Virus record (IMG/VR): IMGVR_UViG_2974692648_000001
Coordinates: 128,001-192,000 of that record
DNA length: 64,000 nt
From: a virus
Lineage: Duplodnaviria > Caudoviricetes
Strand: one strand, 5' to 3'
A program made the translations under genes and the position numbers. The notes below the pieces were generated by a model. The model did not search any database. It was given only the letters and a program-made list of their open reading frames with translations, and had not been told where the DNA came from. Position 1 is the stretch's first letter; every line of letters begins with the position of its first letter. Positions 1 to 9,606 of this stretch are shown one piece after another.

Positions 1-517
1 CGTGGTGACCTAGACTGCGAGCCACTTCTACCACTAAGTTAGCCAAGTGTTCGTCGTCAAAACGTCCATGAGCTTGACCTGGTTCTAGGACTCCGCGTAA
101 CCAAGAATAACGTTCGTCGTTTGTGGTTTTGTGGATCAGGTCACGGTCATAACCGTTCTTAGCTCCTACACGAAGAGACATGCCTTGGTTAAACCAACTA
201 GGGATGAGTTCTTCCGGTATGATAGAGTCGATCAAAGGTATGTAGTGAGGTTGGTCAGCGTAGGTGTCCATGATGTCTTGGGTTTCTTTTACTAACCATT
301 CGCCATCAACATACACTTTCCATAAGTGCTCTGGGTTACACTGAGTTTTACGGCCATCTTCTAGTTCTACTTCAACGACTTCGGTAAGTCCCTGAGGATA
401 GACACCCAATACCGTGGTATATCCTCCGTCCGGAGTCTCTATGACTTTACCACGATACATCTCACCCATGGTAGACCAACCACCTGGAACTTTGATTTTC
501 GCATTTAATGGCTGAGC
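1..517 (-). mobile_element. Intein (Ala1, probably class 3) inserted in the helicase Walker A motif; partial
   Basis: GSGK|AQPLNAKIKVPGGWSTMGEM (block A), VLGVYPQG, block B EDGRKTQCNPEHLW, then a degenerate LAGLIDADG-like WLRGVLEPG. Confidence 0.88.
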
Positions 518-976
518 TTTACCACTACCTGCTTTACCGTCTAACAACAAACCTTTTAGGTGGTACGATTCTTTGCGGGAAGTGTATGTTTCTAGGAATC
601 GGAGTTGTGGGTCCAGAGGTTTAAGTTTAACTGTGCGTTTTAACTTATTGTAATCAAACGTAGATGGTTTAGGGACCATGGTGTCCAGTATCCACGTCTC
701 AGTTTGAATAAGCTCTTGAACTTTCTTTAGATCTCGACGATTCACCCGTGTACTTTTTAACTGCAAGAGTTTAGTTATTAGGTGATTGAGCTCCAAAAGG
801 AAAAATGACTTGACTTCGAATTTACGTGAGTTAATTCGATTCATCATATACTTCGTTACGGTCGTGGTTCCGTAAAGTCTAATTATGTCCTGTTCGAAAG
901 GTCGCCACGATAACCCGCTGATAATAGCACGATTATCGTCAACCTCGATACTAGGTCCGAATAAACCACTAAACAT
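1..976 (-). CDS. SF2/SNF2-type helicase (phiKZ gp203-like), N-terminal part only, runs off the window; contains an intein
   Basis: Not in the ORF track. Manual translation from ATG at 976 gives an open frame to base 1: MFSGLFGPSIEV...KPLDPQLRFL...GLLLDGKAGSGK (Q motif plus Walker A), followed by intein block A. Confidence 0.85.
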   Translation of the reverse strand, partial: MFSGLFGPSIEVDDNRAIISGLSWRPFEQDIIRLYGTTTVTKYMMNRINSRKFEVKSFFLLELNHLITKLLQLKSTRVNRRDLKKVQELIQTETWILDTMVPKPSTFDYNKLKRTVKLKPLDPQLRFLETYTSRKESYHLKGLLLDGKAGSGKAQPLNAKIKVPGGWSTMGEMYRGKVIETPDGGYTTVLGVYPQGLTEVVEVELEDGRKTQCNPEHLWKVYVDGEWLVKETQDIMDTYADQPHYIPLIDSIIPEELIPSWFNQGMSLRVGAKNGYDRDLIHKTTNDERYSWLRGVLEPGQAHGRFDDEHLANLVVEVARSLGHH

Positions 977-1023
977 ATTAACCTCTTATTATAGTTTAAA
1001 TCAAAAAGAAAAAGGAAACTGAC

Positions 1024-2382
1024 ATGACTAAGTCAAAACCTAACCACGAACTTTGGAAACTGTTTGTCTACGTTGCGGAAGCACTCAGTGAACGCACATT
1101 CGTCATGCCGGTTATGGAACACGGGACTATGGCACTATCCCACACTGGTATTGACCCAGAAGACATGGAGATCACTATCAGTGAACACGAGTACTTGCCG
1201 ATGACTCGTATTCGTGTGGACTTCAACCTTCCAGTTGAATTGGAAGAGTACTTAAAGTCCGACGACCCGGCAATGCCTGCTGGAGCTAAAGATCTTAAGA
1301 AATGGTTCGATGAGCGCGGTCCTGTAGAGTACTTAATCTACAACGTGATGGTGAAAACCATTCTGGAACAACTTACCGAAATCCGCAAAGGTATGAGTGA
1401 AGCGACTACCTATGAAGATCAAACTAAGTTGAAAGAGCTGATCAAGTTCCTAGCCAACCTGAGCATGGAAGACGTCGCAGAAGATGTACGAAAACATCGT
1501 AACAAACATTACCCAATGGTAGTAAACCGTGTCTTTAATGTAACCGTTCAAGAACCATCTGATGAATGGATTGCAGAACACTTTGGTGACATGACAGCAC
1601 ACGACGTACAACACGTTGAGACTGTAGTAAACCGCAACGCTAAGCGTATTGCAGACAGTCTAGGTAAGATTGGTGATTTGGTCAACAACTGGTCTGGTAA
1701 GACTGAACAAGTCAAGGATAATGACTTATGGTTCTCACTCAACATCGAAGATCATAAAATCACTCTAGGCTTAGACTTCCAACCTTACCGTTCTGAATCA
1801 GATTTTGTTATTGAACGCTCCCCGGTCGATCTTGAAAAATGGGGTGAAGATAACAATGACCGTGATATCTTATCTAAGATCCAAAACCACATTGATGACA
1901 TGAATATTGTTATTGGTAACTTGCTGAATTACAACACTGGTTATGAAGTGTTGAACAAAGAAATTGAACAATTGTACATCCGTTCTATCCACCACCCTAT
2001 CGCTAAACACACTGTTCGTGTTTGGGGTTTTGATGATGTGTGTGAAGCAGGTCGTGCTAAGATTGATGAAGAGATTTCTTGGATGCTGGAAACCATCAAT
2101 GATCTATCGACTCAGATGTCTCGTGAAGTGAAGCTGGATATTTCTAACATGTACTTACACACTACACAAGACGGTGAAACTTTCATCTTGCCACACGACG
2201 AACAGTTAGTAGCAAAACGTTGTCAGACTTACTCAGGTACGTTCTACGATGCATTACAGCAACATCTGTACGATGTGGAGACTGAACTGTTTGCACCTTA
2301 CACTAACGTGAAGCCAGCTGATTTAGAGTCTAACAACGTCATCACCGAAGAAGACTTGCTTAACTCTCCTACCATCCATTAA
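1024..2382 (+). CDS. hypothetical protein, 452 aa, acidic
   Basis: Long ORF, AAGGA RBS upstream, codon usage typical of this genome. Confidence 0.8.
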   Translation: MTKSKPNHELWKLFVYVAEALSERTFVMPVMEHGTMALSHTGIDPEDMEITISEHEYLPMTRIRVDFNLPVELEEYLKSDDPAMPAGAKDLKKWFDERGPVEYLIYNVMVKTILEQLTEIRKGMSEATTYEDQTKLKELIKFLANLSMEDVAEDVRKHRNKHYPMVVNRVFNVTVQEPSDEWIAEHFGDMTAHDVQHVETVVNRNAKRIADSLGKIGDLVNNWSGKTEQVKDNDLWFSLNIEDHKITLGLDFQPYRSESDFVIERSPVDLEKWGEDNNDRDILSKIQNHIDDMNIVIGNLLNYNTGYEVLNKEIEQLYIRSIHHPIAKHTVRVWGFDDVCEAGRAKIDEEISWMLETINDLSTQMSREVKLDISNMYLHTTQDGETFILPHDEQLVAKRCQTYSGTFYDALQQHLYDVETELFAPYTNVKPADLESNNVITEEDLLNSPTIH

Positions 2383-2433
2383 TAATGTTATGGGGACACG
2401 GTCCCCTTATCATTTAATTAACAGGAGACAATC

Positions 2434-2721
2434 ATGTCAGCGATTATTAATCATGCGGTAGCTTCAGGTAAAGTGGGTCGCGGTCAAGCTATTCAGGTTA
2501 ACGGTAAGTTCGATGGCTTAGCTCAACCGCATCTAGTGACTTTGTCTTTGGACGATAAAGTAGTGACAGAAGTTTACACAGACCAACAAGGTTACTTCAG
2601 TGCTGAGCTAGATTCCAAAGGTTTGAGTGTCGGTGCTCATACTGTATCTTACTTTCTAGAAGAAAACACTGAAGCAGGTCACGAGCACAAAGGTGACATT
2701 AAAGTTCGCGTGACTAAGTAA
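2434..2721 (+). CDS. small Ig-like (Big-type) domain protein
   Basis: AGGAG RBS; all-beta pattern with TDQQGYFS and LDSKGLSVGAHTVSY. Confidence 0.7.
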   Translation: MSAIINHAVASGKVGRGQAIQVNGKFDGLAQPHLVTLSLDDKVVTEVYTDQQGYFSAELDSKGLSVGAHTVSYFLEENTEAGHEHKGDIKVRVTK

Positions 2722-2726
2722 CAGTT

Positions 2727-2770
2727 AATAACTCCCTACTCCTTCACGGGAGTAGGGAGTTATTTGTTTT
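2727..2770 (+). terminator. intrinsic terminator, CTACTCC hairpin family
   Basis: AATAACTCCCTACTCC-ttcacg-GGAGTAGGGAGTTATT followed by a T-rich tract. Confidence 0.85.
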
Positions 2771-2784
2771 CTGTAAATTTTAAC

Positions 2785-2804
2785 AGGTCTATATTACTAT
2801 GGTG
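2785..2804 (+). promoter_or_regulatory. phiKZ-type early (vRNAP) promoter
   Basis: TCTATATTACTATGGTG contains the phiKZ early consensus TATATTAC; related motif at six intergenic sites. Confidence 0.75.
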
Positions 2805-2852
2805 TATGAATCCATACACTATTTATTTCATTTAATTTAAAGGATAAACATC

Positions 2853-3608
2853 ATGTCCAATAAACACATTAAAAACGTTATCACTTCAGGCCGTTACGTT
2901 CCAGAGAAAGGTAAGTTCGGTATTACTTTCACTATTATCGATTGTGAAGGTAAAGAAGTTTCCCTGCTCGTAAACAACGAAGAAGTTCATCGCAACTGGA
3001 TTAAAAGCGATCGTTCAGAACACCGAGTGGGTATTGACTTAGAACGCTTCGACCTCACACACTTCACGTTGAAAATCTTAGTACATAAAGACGGTAACCC
3101 TATCGAACTTAAGGGCTTCGAATACGACGTTGTTCCAGAGAGTGTCCTCGCATCGAAAAACATCATTTCGATAGGGGAGAACTTAAAATCGTTGAAACGT
3201 AACCTAGATATCATCACCCACATGGCGTTCCGTGCCAGAATGGATTTCAATAAAGAAAATCCTTCGATGAGAGAGAGCCGAGTCGGCACCAAGTTTTTAG
3301 AGTTCAGTACCCCAGAATTAGAGTACCTGTTCTTTGTACGTAACACCCGTAATAACGGAATGCCTTTGTTAACCATGTACTGTACAGACTTGAATGGCGC
3401 ACAACACGAAGTTAACTTCCGCCTAATGGGCTGGCAAGTAACTCGAGACAAAATCTTAAATACCGTCGCTAAGTCATCGGTGATGAAAGCACTAATTGAT
3501 TTATCTAAGCCTTCTGGCACTAAATCACTGTTACGTCTGGCGGACGATGAGCGATACAAAGAAACCTTACGTGAAACTCTATTAACTGTAACTCGTCATG
3601 AGAAATAA
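2853..3608 (+). CDS. hypothetical early protein, possible N-terminal Ig-like domain
   Basis: ORF 251 aa, AAGGA RBS. Confidence 0.75.
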   Translation: MSNKHIKNVITSGRYVPEKGKFGITFTIIDCEGKEVSLLVNNEEVHRNWIKSDRSEHRVGIDLERFDLTHFTLKILVHKDGNPIELKGFEYDVVPESVLASKNIISIGENLKSLKRNLDIITHMAFRARMDFNKENPSMRESRVGTKFLEFSTPELEYLFFVRNTRNNGMPLLTMYCTDLNGAQHEVNFRLMGWQVTRDKILNTVAKSSVMKALIDLSKPSGTKSLLRLADDERYKETLRETLLTVTRHEK

Positions 3609-3617
3609 GGAAATAAA

Positions 3618-5141
3618 ATGAATAAGAGTATTTTAGCGGCACTGGACGTTTTAGCGACTTCCGTGGAAATGCAAGAACGTCAACTCCAAATCCGCACAGG
3701 TAACCGAGAAATGTTACAAGGTGTTATTGCGGATGCCTTGCTCCCTGAAGAATACCGAGTGAATAACTTTGGTTACGGAGGGCGTGATGAAATTAAACTA
3801 GACCCAGTGTATCGATTAGTTCGTAATAATGATACCTGGGATGATTTCGATCTCCCTAAAGATAAGGAGGGGTGGGAATCATTATTGGATAAAGTTGATC
3901 CAGAGTTAAAGAAAAACGTCACAGTAACAGAACGTCTTACCCTAGACCTGGGTTGGGGTGTGGCTAAAATGGGACTTTGTAGTTTGGAGTGGGTTTATAC
4001 CTTCGTTGGGTTTGATGACTTTAATATCATGAAAACCATATTAAAGCCTAACCCGCTACTGGAAAACGAACTGAATCGTCGAGTCTTGGAGCTGGTGTCT
4101 AACGCACATGACAACACGAGTAATGAAAGAAAGAATTTCATTAACTCGACCAGCGGTGCTTTAAACCGTGCGGTGGATTTACGAAACACTTTAGTGGAGC
4201 GCGGGTTAATACCTTTCTTTGACAAATATAAAAAGGTTCAGGTTGCCTGGGGGCATGTGGATAAACTAATGTCCGGGGTCTCACAAATCCCAATCGATTT
4301 AAATAAGGACAAAGAACTCTTGTTATCTTTGTGTTATTTAAACTATAATTTGGTCGTGGGAGCAAACAATATGGTCGGGCTAACCGAATTCGATAATGGA
4401 AAGTACACTCCTATTGACTTTAACGACCCAGAACAGTTCACACCAAGTGTAGTGAAGGCATTAAACGAAATGCTGGACAAAGTGGACATTCCGGAAACTA
4501 CCGGTAATGTTCGATGGGAAAACCTGAGAGCGGTTCGAAACAATCGCCCGGACTACGGGTTCAGTCCTTGTCACGTTCTTACTATTCGAATTAAAGACAT
4601 GTCCGGTGAGCAACTGACTCGCGATATGTTTATCCACTCCAAGGAACCGTTAGACTCCAAGGTCTTAGGTAAATTAGCTAAGCAAACCCGGGAGTTCGTG
4701 TCTAATGAAACCGCCCTTATGTCTGCGACCACGGATAATTGTAACCTAGTAGAAGGTCACCTTATTAACTTTGTTGAAGCGTTTGGGTTATCCAACAACG
4801 TAGAGTTAAAGGTAACACGTCGTCACCAGGTGATCGTTTATCTTGGGGAAGACAAGACATACTCGTTTGAGTCACGTAAGGGAGTCTCTCCGGCCTTTAT
4901 TGATTTCATGCATAAACTATGTGGTGTTGAATTAAAACCTCTCCACGAGCTTCCTGAGGACCTTAAACAGGACTTAGGACCTTATACTTGTATGGACGCA
5001 AGACATACGACAGTTTTGTGTAAAACCAATGATGTCGAATTCCCTGAAACTCATCTCCTGGATCAAATCATAGATAGACTCAGTACTTCTGGAAACCTTA
5101 ACGAAGACTGGATTTATAACACCGTAAACGAAATCATTTAA
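3618..5141 (+). CDS. hypothetical protein, 507 aa
   Basis: Long ORF with AAGGA RBS. Confidence 0.8.
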   Translation: MNKSILAALDVLATSVEMQERQLQIRTGNREMLQGVIADALLPEEYRVNNFGYGGRDEIKLDPVYRLVRNNDTWDDFDLPKDKEGWESLLDKVDPELKKNVTVTERLTLDLGWGVAKMGLCSLEWVYTFVGFDDFNIMKTILKPNPLLENELNRRVLELVSNAHDNTSNERKNFINSTSGALNRAVDLRNTLVERGLIPFFDKYKKVQVAWGHVDKLMSGVSQIPIDLNKDKELLLSLCYLNYNLVVGANNMVGLTEFDNGKYTPIDFNDPEQFTPSVVKALNEMLDKVDIPETTGNVRWENLRAVRNNRPDYGFSPCHVLTIRIKDMSGEQLTRDMFIHSKEPLDSKVLGKLAKQTREFVSNETALMSATTDNCNLVEGHLINFVEAFGLSNNVELKVTRRHQVIVYLGEDKTYSFESRKGVSPAFIDFMHKLCGVELKPLHELPEDLKQDLGPYTCMDARHTTVLCKTNDVEFPETHLLDQIIDRLSTSGNLNEDWIYNTVNEII

Positions 5142-5190
5142 ACTCACCAAGGGGGTGTTGTCACCCCCATCTCTTGTAAGGATTATTCCA

Positions 5191-6282
5191 ATGAAAAAAC
5201 TGTACGCAGAACTTGACTACCGAATTCACCCGGCTTCAATCAACAACACACTTTACGTTTATGCAGATGAGAGTCTATTCGGTAAAACTCTGTTGGTTTA
5301 CGTTACCACGACGCTCGACGAGTTAGGGGAGCATGAAGAAGAACTTCCAGTGTTGGATCGCGGCACCACCGTGTACCATGAACTACTGGAGTCAGATATC
5401 ACCACCGTTAGTCTCCGCAGTACCAGCCTTCCTAAGGGTCATACTTACGAGGTGAATGTTCATGTGTTGGATGACAACGATGAATCGGTAGCTGAAGTTA
5501 AAGACCTTCTAGTTCATCATCCAGAAGACTTCGATCTAGAAAAACATTTGAAAAATAATGCTCAAACTACACTAGATCGATTTGAGGTCATTACTGGTGG
5601 ATTAAACTACTGGGGTGGTGAGGACGTTACGTTATTTGATTCTTACATCGCTGGTAGACAATTAGAGATCCGTTCGGTTGTGGGGCGTTGGGTGTTAACC
5701 ACTTACCTGGCTTTAGAGGAAATCGAAGTAGTAGACAGCGCGCCGACTTTCCAAGAACTCTTTAAACGTATTAAGGGGAATGGTGATCTGAAAGACATCA
5801 TAGACTCCGGTCTTTTATTTGAGCGTTTCATGTCACCTATTACTTTTGATAAGACCACAAAAGTTTTCAGTTCTCGTGTGCGTTTGATGGAGGACTTTGT
5901 CTTCAAAAATATCGACGACCACATCAAAGAAGTTCGAACGGTAGTCACCGCACAAGTTCCACCTGAAGTTGAAACAGAAGAAGACTTGGACAAATTCATT
6001 GAAGAAGTGAAAACTTCTATTAACCCTAAGTTTTCTATTTTAGATTACATGAGTTTTGTGGGTGAGTTGGAAGGCCGATTCGAAGAAGGGTTCGATCAAG
6101 TTATAGATCGTCGCTTGTTCTTAAATTTGTTTTCTTCTAACTTCGTTAAACACTTGAAGGGTTTCGATATCGAACCGGAATGGTTAGAGCGTGATTACTA
6201 CCTGTCCTTCCATCTCCGTGATGGTAAGTGGGAGTACGAAGGTAACCAGAATGTGAAGGAGCTACTGGAACATGTCTCATAA
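5191..6282 (+). CDS. hypothetical protein, possible N-terminal Ig-like domain
   Basis: Start moved to ATG 5191 (AAGGA RBS); LRSTSLPKGHTYEVNVHV motif. Confidence 0.75.
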   Translation: MKKLYAELDYRIHPASINNTLYVYADESLFGKTLLVYVTTTLDELGEHEEELPVLDRGTTVYHELLESDITTVSLRSTSLPKGHTYEVNVHVLDDNDESVAEVKDLLVHHPEDFDLEKHLKNNAQTTLDRFEVITGGLNYWGGEDVTLFDSYIAGRQLEIRSVVGRWVLTTYLALEEIEVVDSAPTFQELFKRIKGNGDLKDIIDSGLLFERFMSPITFDKTTKVFSSRVRLMEDFVFKNIDDHIKEVRTVVTAQVPPEVETEEDLDKFIEEVKTSINPKFSILDYMSFVGELEGRFEEGFDQVIDRRLFLNLFSSNFVKHLKGFDIEPEWLERDYYLSFHLRDGKWEYEGNQNVKELLEHVS

Positions 6283-6568
6283 ACCTTACTTCGATATAGT
6301 GAGCTTCAAAAGTTGGTTAGATGGTTGGTTTGCAACAAACCCTGAACCATCTAAACACGAAACTTACCCAACGTTAGTGGAGCACTACTCTGGGGCTTTT
6401 GGGAAAGCCATGCTTAAGCAGCTTCGTTCTTACGAAGACGTTGACAGTCGTTGGTTACACGACGCTTATGGGTTAACGTTTAGGCGGGATGAAAACCGAG
6501 AGTGGGTGGTGGGGTTTAACGAACTCGTTTGGGAGTTCCTTAATTCCTCTAGAAAGACATACATGTAA
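6272..6568 (+). CDS. hypothetical protein, 98 aa
   Basis: ORF overlapping the previous stop; resembles the C-terminus of the upstream protein (WL...Y.L.F...W). Confidence 0.7.
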   Translation: MSHKPYFDIVSFKSWLDGWFATNPEPSKHETYPTLVEHYSGAFGKAMLKQLRSYEDVDSRWLHDAYGLTFRRDENREWVVGFNELVWEFLNSSRKTYM

Positions 6569-6624
6569 AATATAATCCGGGGGTCCATTGATAGGACCTC
6601 CTACTTTTATTAAGGGTTTATACC

Positions 6625-7137
6625 ATGCAGCAACCTGATATGAGACCAGCCATTGGTTTGTTCCTAACTTTGTACGGAGCGTTAAAGCGTTTTCGTGACA
6701 AAGAACCATCTATGAAAGAGTTATCTCAAGAATACAAAGACAATCGTTTCTGTAAAGAGCTAGTCAATTGTTTTGACCCGGCTTCTTACCGATTTAGTGT
6801 GTTCGACATCACTCTGGATTATTGGTACCACACCGATCTCAATAAAGAGATCGCATTAATCACCATTCGTGATGAGGGACAAGGTAATCACATGAATACC
6901 ATATCCCTAGATATCTCTGACCCCAATGTCACCTTAGAGGAACTGTGGTGTAACCTACTACACATCCTTGCTTTCCGTTACCCTGATACATTAACACGTA
7001 TTGCGGAATCCGGGAACGACATCCTGGAAAACTTCACCTTAAGTGAAACTTACGTACTCGGTGGTAAGCATCGTTTCAAAGAACCATTGCAAGAACTGTA
7101 CATTTCCCTAACCACTCCACTTTTAGATAACGAGTAA
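6625..7137 (+). CDS. hypothetical protein, 170 aa
   Basis: ORF in operon. Confidence 0.7.
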   Translation: MQQPDMRPAIGLFLTLYGALKRFRDKEPSMKELSQEYKDNRFCKELVNCFDPASYRFSVFDITLDYWYHTDLNKEIALITIRDEGQGNHMNTISLDISDPNVTLEELWCNLLHILAFRYPDTLTRIAESGNDILENFTLSETYVLGGKHRFKEPLQELYISLTTPLLDNE

Positions 7138-7142
7138 TCGAC

Positions 7143-7922
7143 ATGAAAAAATTTAACATTGAATTGAACAAACAGATTCACCACGCAAGCGAAACCATTA
7201 CGGTACATCCGTCATGGCGCGATCTGGGTCCGTTAGAAGACCGTCACGAACTACACGGTACTTTATATATCAATGACGAAGTGGTGGCCGAAGGGTTTAA
7301 TATTGATGACGTGTCTTACACGATCCCTGAAGAAATGAACCTCAACAATGAAGATTACCGCATTAAGTTAATCATTCATCGAAACTACGATGTGTTCCTT
7401 GAATCCCATGAAGCGTGGCTTCGAACTGATACTCGATTAAGTGCTGAGATCAGTGACATGAATTTGAAGACTCGTGGTATGGAGTTCTTTGCAACTTTCA
7501 TCCAAGCACTCGCTTTAATGGCTCTTCGTTTAGATCGTGACGTAGAGCACCCAAGTGAGCGATATAAGTTGTTTGCCTGGGAGATTGGTCCTTGGTTCTT
7601 TGAACTTTATTGGTGTGTAGAGCGTAAAGCTTACGACCTCACTTATTGTCCTGCGAACGACATCGAGAACATTACTGCCATTGAAATAAAGTCTTCTGAG
7701 CACGTTGCGATCGGAGCAGCCTTATTGCCATTATTGGATTCTCCAGTAAAAGCTTGGGTTCTGCATCCTAACTTCCGTAAAGCAGTTATCGAAGAACCTC
7801 TGGGTAATAACTTAATGTATCATTACACTTTCCTTATGGCTCTAGCGAGTGCGAATAATCCTATCGCTAGTTTACCTAACGGAATCCGTGTTATCACCAG
7901 TATGGCTAGAAAGGTGAAATAA
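7143..7922 (+). CDS. hypothetical protein, possible N-terminal Ig-like domain
   Basis: ORF 259 aa; beta-rich N-terminus ending EDYRIKLII. Confidence 0.75.
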   Translation: MKKFNIELNKQIHHASETITVHPSWRDLGPLEDRHELHGTLYINDEVVAEGFNIDDVSYTIPEEMNLNNEDYRIKLIIHRNYDVFLESHEAWLRTDTRLSAEISDMNLKTRGMEFFATFIQALALMALRLDRDVEHPSERYKLFAWEIGPWFFELYWCVERKAYDLTYCPANDIENITAIEIKSSEHVAIGAALLPLLDSPVKAWVLHPNFRKAVIEEPLGNNLMYHYTFLMALASANNPIASLPNGIRVITSMARKVK

Positions 7923-8596
7923 TGTTGATCAAAATTAATAAACCCCGGGTAATGCCCGGGGACTACATCCGAATAGAAACCACGCATTTTAAACACAGAC
8001 CCAATGTTACTTTAAATGCAGACTTGACTAACCGGAATACCGGAACTACACGAGCGGTTTACATCGCTAATTATCGTGTGGAAGATGGTTACGTGTCTTT
8101 CCTTGACACTAAAGGGTTAGAAACAGGTGATTATGACATAGTGGTTTGGCAGCGTGGTAATTACGGTAATCGAGCTGAAGCTAAATTCTCCATAGCTGAC
8201 GAAGCAATCCAAGATTATAAATTGCAGGCGCAAGTCAAAACGTTCCACTGGATACTGTGGAAGTGGTTAGAGTCCATTGACATCTACTCGTCTCCGGTTA
8301 AACTCCACGAACTGAATTTCTTGCCGGATGCGGAAGCTAAGACGTTGGGGATTAGTTTAGCTAAGAAGACTGGGTTGGTTAATATTAAAGTGGAAAACTT
8401 TAATGAGGACTTTGAAACTTTGTGCCGTATGTTGTCGGTCTACTATCCTACTATTGACGAGGTGATTCCAATGGACGACATGATAGACCTTCGCTGCCAC
8501 TTAGTTAACTTGGGTCAACTCAAGTATGACTTGGAAATCAATGCCCATCGCCTCACCAGCTTATTTCCACGAACCTTAACACTTTATACCAATTAA
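7922..8596 (+). CDS. hypothetical protein, N-terminal Ig-like domain
   Basis: TAATG coupling; LDTKGLETGDYDIVVW motif. Confidence 0.75.
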   Translation: MLIKINKPRVMPGDYIRIETTHFKHRPNVTLNADLTNRNTGTTRAVYIANYRVEDGYVSFLDTKGLETGDYDIVVWQRGNYGNRAEAKFSIADEAIQDYKLQAQVKTFHWILWKWLESIDIYSSPVKLHELNFLPDAEAKTLGISLAKKTGLVNIKVENFNEDFETLCRMLSVYYPTIDEVIPMDDMIDLRCHLVNLGQLKYDLEINAHRLTSLFPRTLTLYTN

Positions 8597-8607
8597 AGGA
8601 GTTTGAT

Positions 8608-9225
8608 GTGTTAATTAAGAAAATTGATAACACTGTCGCTTTACCTAGCGTTCAAGACGGTTACCGTCGCGGTATGATTATGCGTCATCAGGAAGAGCAA
8701 GGTACATTTCTGAGCATCACTATGATAGCGGGTCCGGGTACTCCGTTATTCCATTTAAGTAATGTGGTATGTGGTAACCCTGAAGAAGCGCTAGCTCAAT
8801 TAACTGCAATCGACCGAGATTATCGTACCGCAGAAGTGTACGGTGACTTCACACCAGAAGTAGTGAGCTACCTGAGGAAACATAATTACTATGTTAATCT
8901 GATTCCTTACCCACTGTTTCAAATGATCAAGGAACTCAAGATCCACCGAGTATATGACGTAGATGATTTAGAGTTCCAAGATCATGTCAAAATAGGTACG
9001 GTCTTTGAGTCTGATTCAGAATTGACTTATCAACAATCGGGAGACGCTTATGATAGTGTGGACGCGGTGTTGGTTAGTATCGAACCCATCAATACCTTTG
9101 AACGTTTGATGGCGGTGCTTAAACTCATTTCTACGAAAGTTAAGAAAGCCAACGTTTACATCCAGTGTGGGAATGGACTCTCCAAATTGATGACCGAAAA
9201 AGGAATGGTCCATCATGTCTATTGA
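8608..9225 (+). CDS. hypothetical protein, 205 aa
   Basis: GGAG RBS with GTG start. Confidence 0.7.
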   Translation: MLIKKIDNTVALPSVQDGYRRGMIMRHQEEQGTFLSITMIAGPGTPLFHLSNVVCGNPEEALAQLTAIDRDYRTAEVYGDFTPEVVSYLRKHNYYVNLIPYPLFQMIKELKIHRVYDVDDLEFQDHVKIGTVFESDSELTYQQSGDAYDSVDAVLVSIEPINTFERLMAVLKLISTKVKKANVYIQCGNGLSKLMTEKGMVHHVY

Positions 9226-9544
9226 GTTGAATCTGTGGGGTTACGATGAACTCGACCCTGAAGATTATCGTGCAGTAAGAGATCTTGACAGTCGTCACTA
9301 TGTTTATTGTCAGATCGAATACGACACGCATTCTGAAGAAAGTCATTTCTTTGGAGATACTTTTGATCACCATGTTCCAGTTATTGTCTTACGTCAACTA
9401 AGTGGTGAAGTGTTACTATCCCACATTCGTAAGTTAGAAACGTTGGATCGCAATCGTATCATAGTCTTCGTCCCTCAATACCAAGAGATGTTAGATGTTT
9501 TAGCAGATCATGGTTATGAAGTAAAACCAGCGGCTGGTGAATAA
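9215..9544 (+). CDS. hypothetical protein, 109 aa
   Basis: Overlapping ORF that ends just before a terminator. Confidence 0.7.
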   Translation: MSIELNLWGYDELDPEDYRAVRDLDSRHYVYCQIEYDTHSEESHFFGDTFDHHVPVIVLRQLSGEVLLSHIRKLETLDRNRIIVFVPQYQEMLDVLADHGYEVKPAAGE

Positions 9545-9552
9545 TAAAGGTA

Positions 9553-9605
9553 AGTACTCTCCTCCCATTACGGGAGGAGAGTACTATTATACCTGTTTTT
9601 TTTTT
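9553..9605. terminator. terminator hairpin between convergent genes
   Basis: AGTACTCTCCTCCC-attac-GGGAGGAGAGTACT, downstream T10. Confidence 0.85.
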
Positions 9606-9606
9606 C

